The notes below the pieces were generated by a model. It saw only the letters and a list, made by a program, of their open reading frames with translations, was not told the DNA's origin and ran no database searches. The translations under genes and the position numbers were made by a program. Shown piece by piece: positions 62,809 to 64,000 of a DNA stretch of 64,000 bases. Origin of the DNA: Octopus sinensis (lineage: Eukaryota); the NCBI RefSeq assembly GCF_006345805.1, contig NC_043020.1:30876001-30940000 (forward strand), given 5' to 3'. How positions within the stretch are numbered: the first letter of the stretch is position 1; each line of letters begins with the position of its first letter.

Positions 62809-63963
62809 CAGGCATGACTGAGAAGTAAGAAGTTTGCTTCCCGAGCACATGGTTTTGGGTTCAGTCCCACCATGTGACACCTTGAGCAAGTGTTTTTTCC
62901 TTAAAACCTTGAATGTATTTGGTAGAAGGAAACTGAAACCCATCATATACAAGGTGGCATCAAAAGGTTCCTGGACTAGTTCTGTAGTGCACCAACAGAT
63001 GGCAGCATACAGCTGCATGTACAGTGAGAGCTAGCAGTGACCTTCATCAGGCAGTGTGCTGAGTGACATTGCTGTGTTTACTTCACAAGTTGTGAAATTT
63101 GCATTTTTGTGGTCATGTGTATGCTGTAGCCTGTAATTTTGTCATGGACAGGAACAAAGAGCCAACGTGAAATTTTGTGTTAAACCTGAGAAGTTTGCTA
63201 CAGAGATATTGAGCATGCTTTGACAAGCTTACAGCAATGAGTTGTACATAATGTTTCGAGTGGCATGGGCACTTCAAAAATGGAAGAATGTCTCTGGAAG
63301 ACCTGCCACGAGTGTCAGCCCTGGAAATGTGGTATTGTGCATTGAGAATTCATCCTCCAGGGCCAGGTGATGTTTTGAAGTGTTTGAGGGAGGATATTCA
63401 GTGAAAATGACCAGGTCTGTGGAGCATGAAGAATTGGATTTTTCATTGAGCTCTCCTCTCTTGTGAATTTCATGCCAAAAACTGGGTATTGCTTCTACAC
63501 CCACCCTATTCACTAGATTTAACACTAGCAGACTTCCATCTCTTCCCTGAGATGAAAATGCAGCTTAAAGGTTGCTGTTTTAACACCATTGTTAAGATCC
63601 AGAGTGAATCACAGAAGGTCCTCAACTCCTTTATGGAAAACAACTTCCAGACCAGATTCCAAAAGTTGCAGGAATGCTGGGACCGGTGTATTGCTGTACA
63701 AGATGTCTATTTCGAATGAAATGATGTTAAAACTTAGGTAAATAAGTTATTTGTTATTAAACATAATTAGTCCAGAAACTTTTTGACATGATCTTGTGTG
63801 TGTGCCATTGTGTTTGTCCTTCATCACTGCTTGACAACCAGAGTTGATAGTTTACATCCCTAGTACCAGGTTTTAAAAAAAGCACTGGGGTCAATTCATT
63901 AATAAAACCCTCCAAAGCAGTGCCCTGGCATGGCTGCAGTGCAATGACTGAAACAAGTAAAAG
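62809..63963 (+). mobile_element. SINE family A copy split by a mariner
   Basis: 5' half at 62809-62949, 3' half at 63797-63963. Confidence 0.75.
62950..63796 (+). mobile_element. Internally deleted mariner (second subfamily, irritans-like)
   Basis: Inverted termini CAAGGTGGCATCAAAAGGTTCCTGGACTA and TAGTCCAGAAACTTTTTGACATGATCTTG; EQRANVKFCVK and HPPYSLDLTLADFHLFPEMK..WDRCIAVQDVYFE. Confidence 0.85.
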
Positions 63964-64000
63964 GTACATGTGCACACACTCACATTATAGTAGAGTATTA

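Overview
AT-rich, CpG-depleted eukaryotic DNA made almost entirely of transposable-element remnants and microsatellites. The repeat complement is typical of a cephalopod, most likely Octopus (inference from recalled repeat motifs, not a database search): two tRNA-headed SINE families, RTE LINEs ending in (GAT)n, R4/Dong-type RLE LINEs in (TAA)n, Penelope-like termini, mariner, piggyBac, TTAA MITEs and Helitrons. No intact host CDS can be supported, and nearly all ORFs in the track are microsatellite translations, antisense shadows or broken TE frames. There is one CpG-rich promoter/first-exon-like island near 31.9-32.2 kb and a few weak exon candidates. The most interesting signal is a set of minimal type I hammerhead ribozyme (HHR) motifs from several unrelated Penelope-like termini. 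Two have intact cores and form a fold-back pair at 51.6-52.2 kb, inserted in an RTE LINE next to an 18-nt unit of host sequence repeated about 5.4 times. Boundaries of old remnants are approximate.
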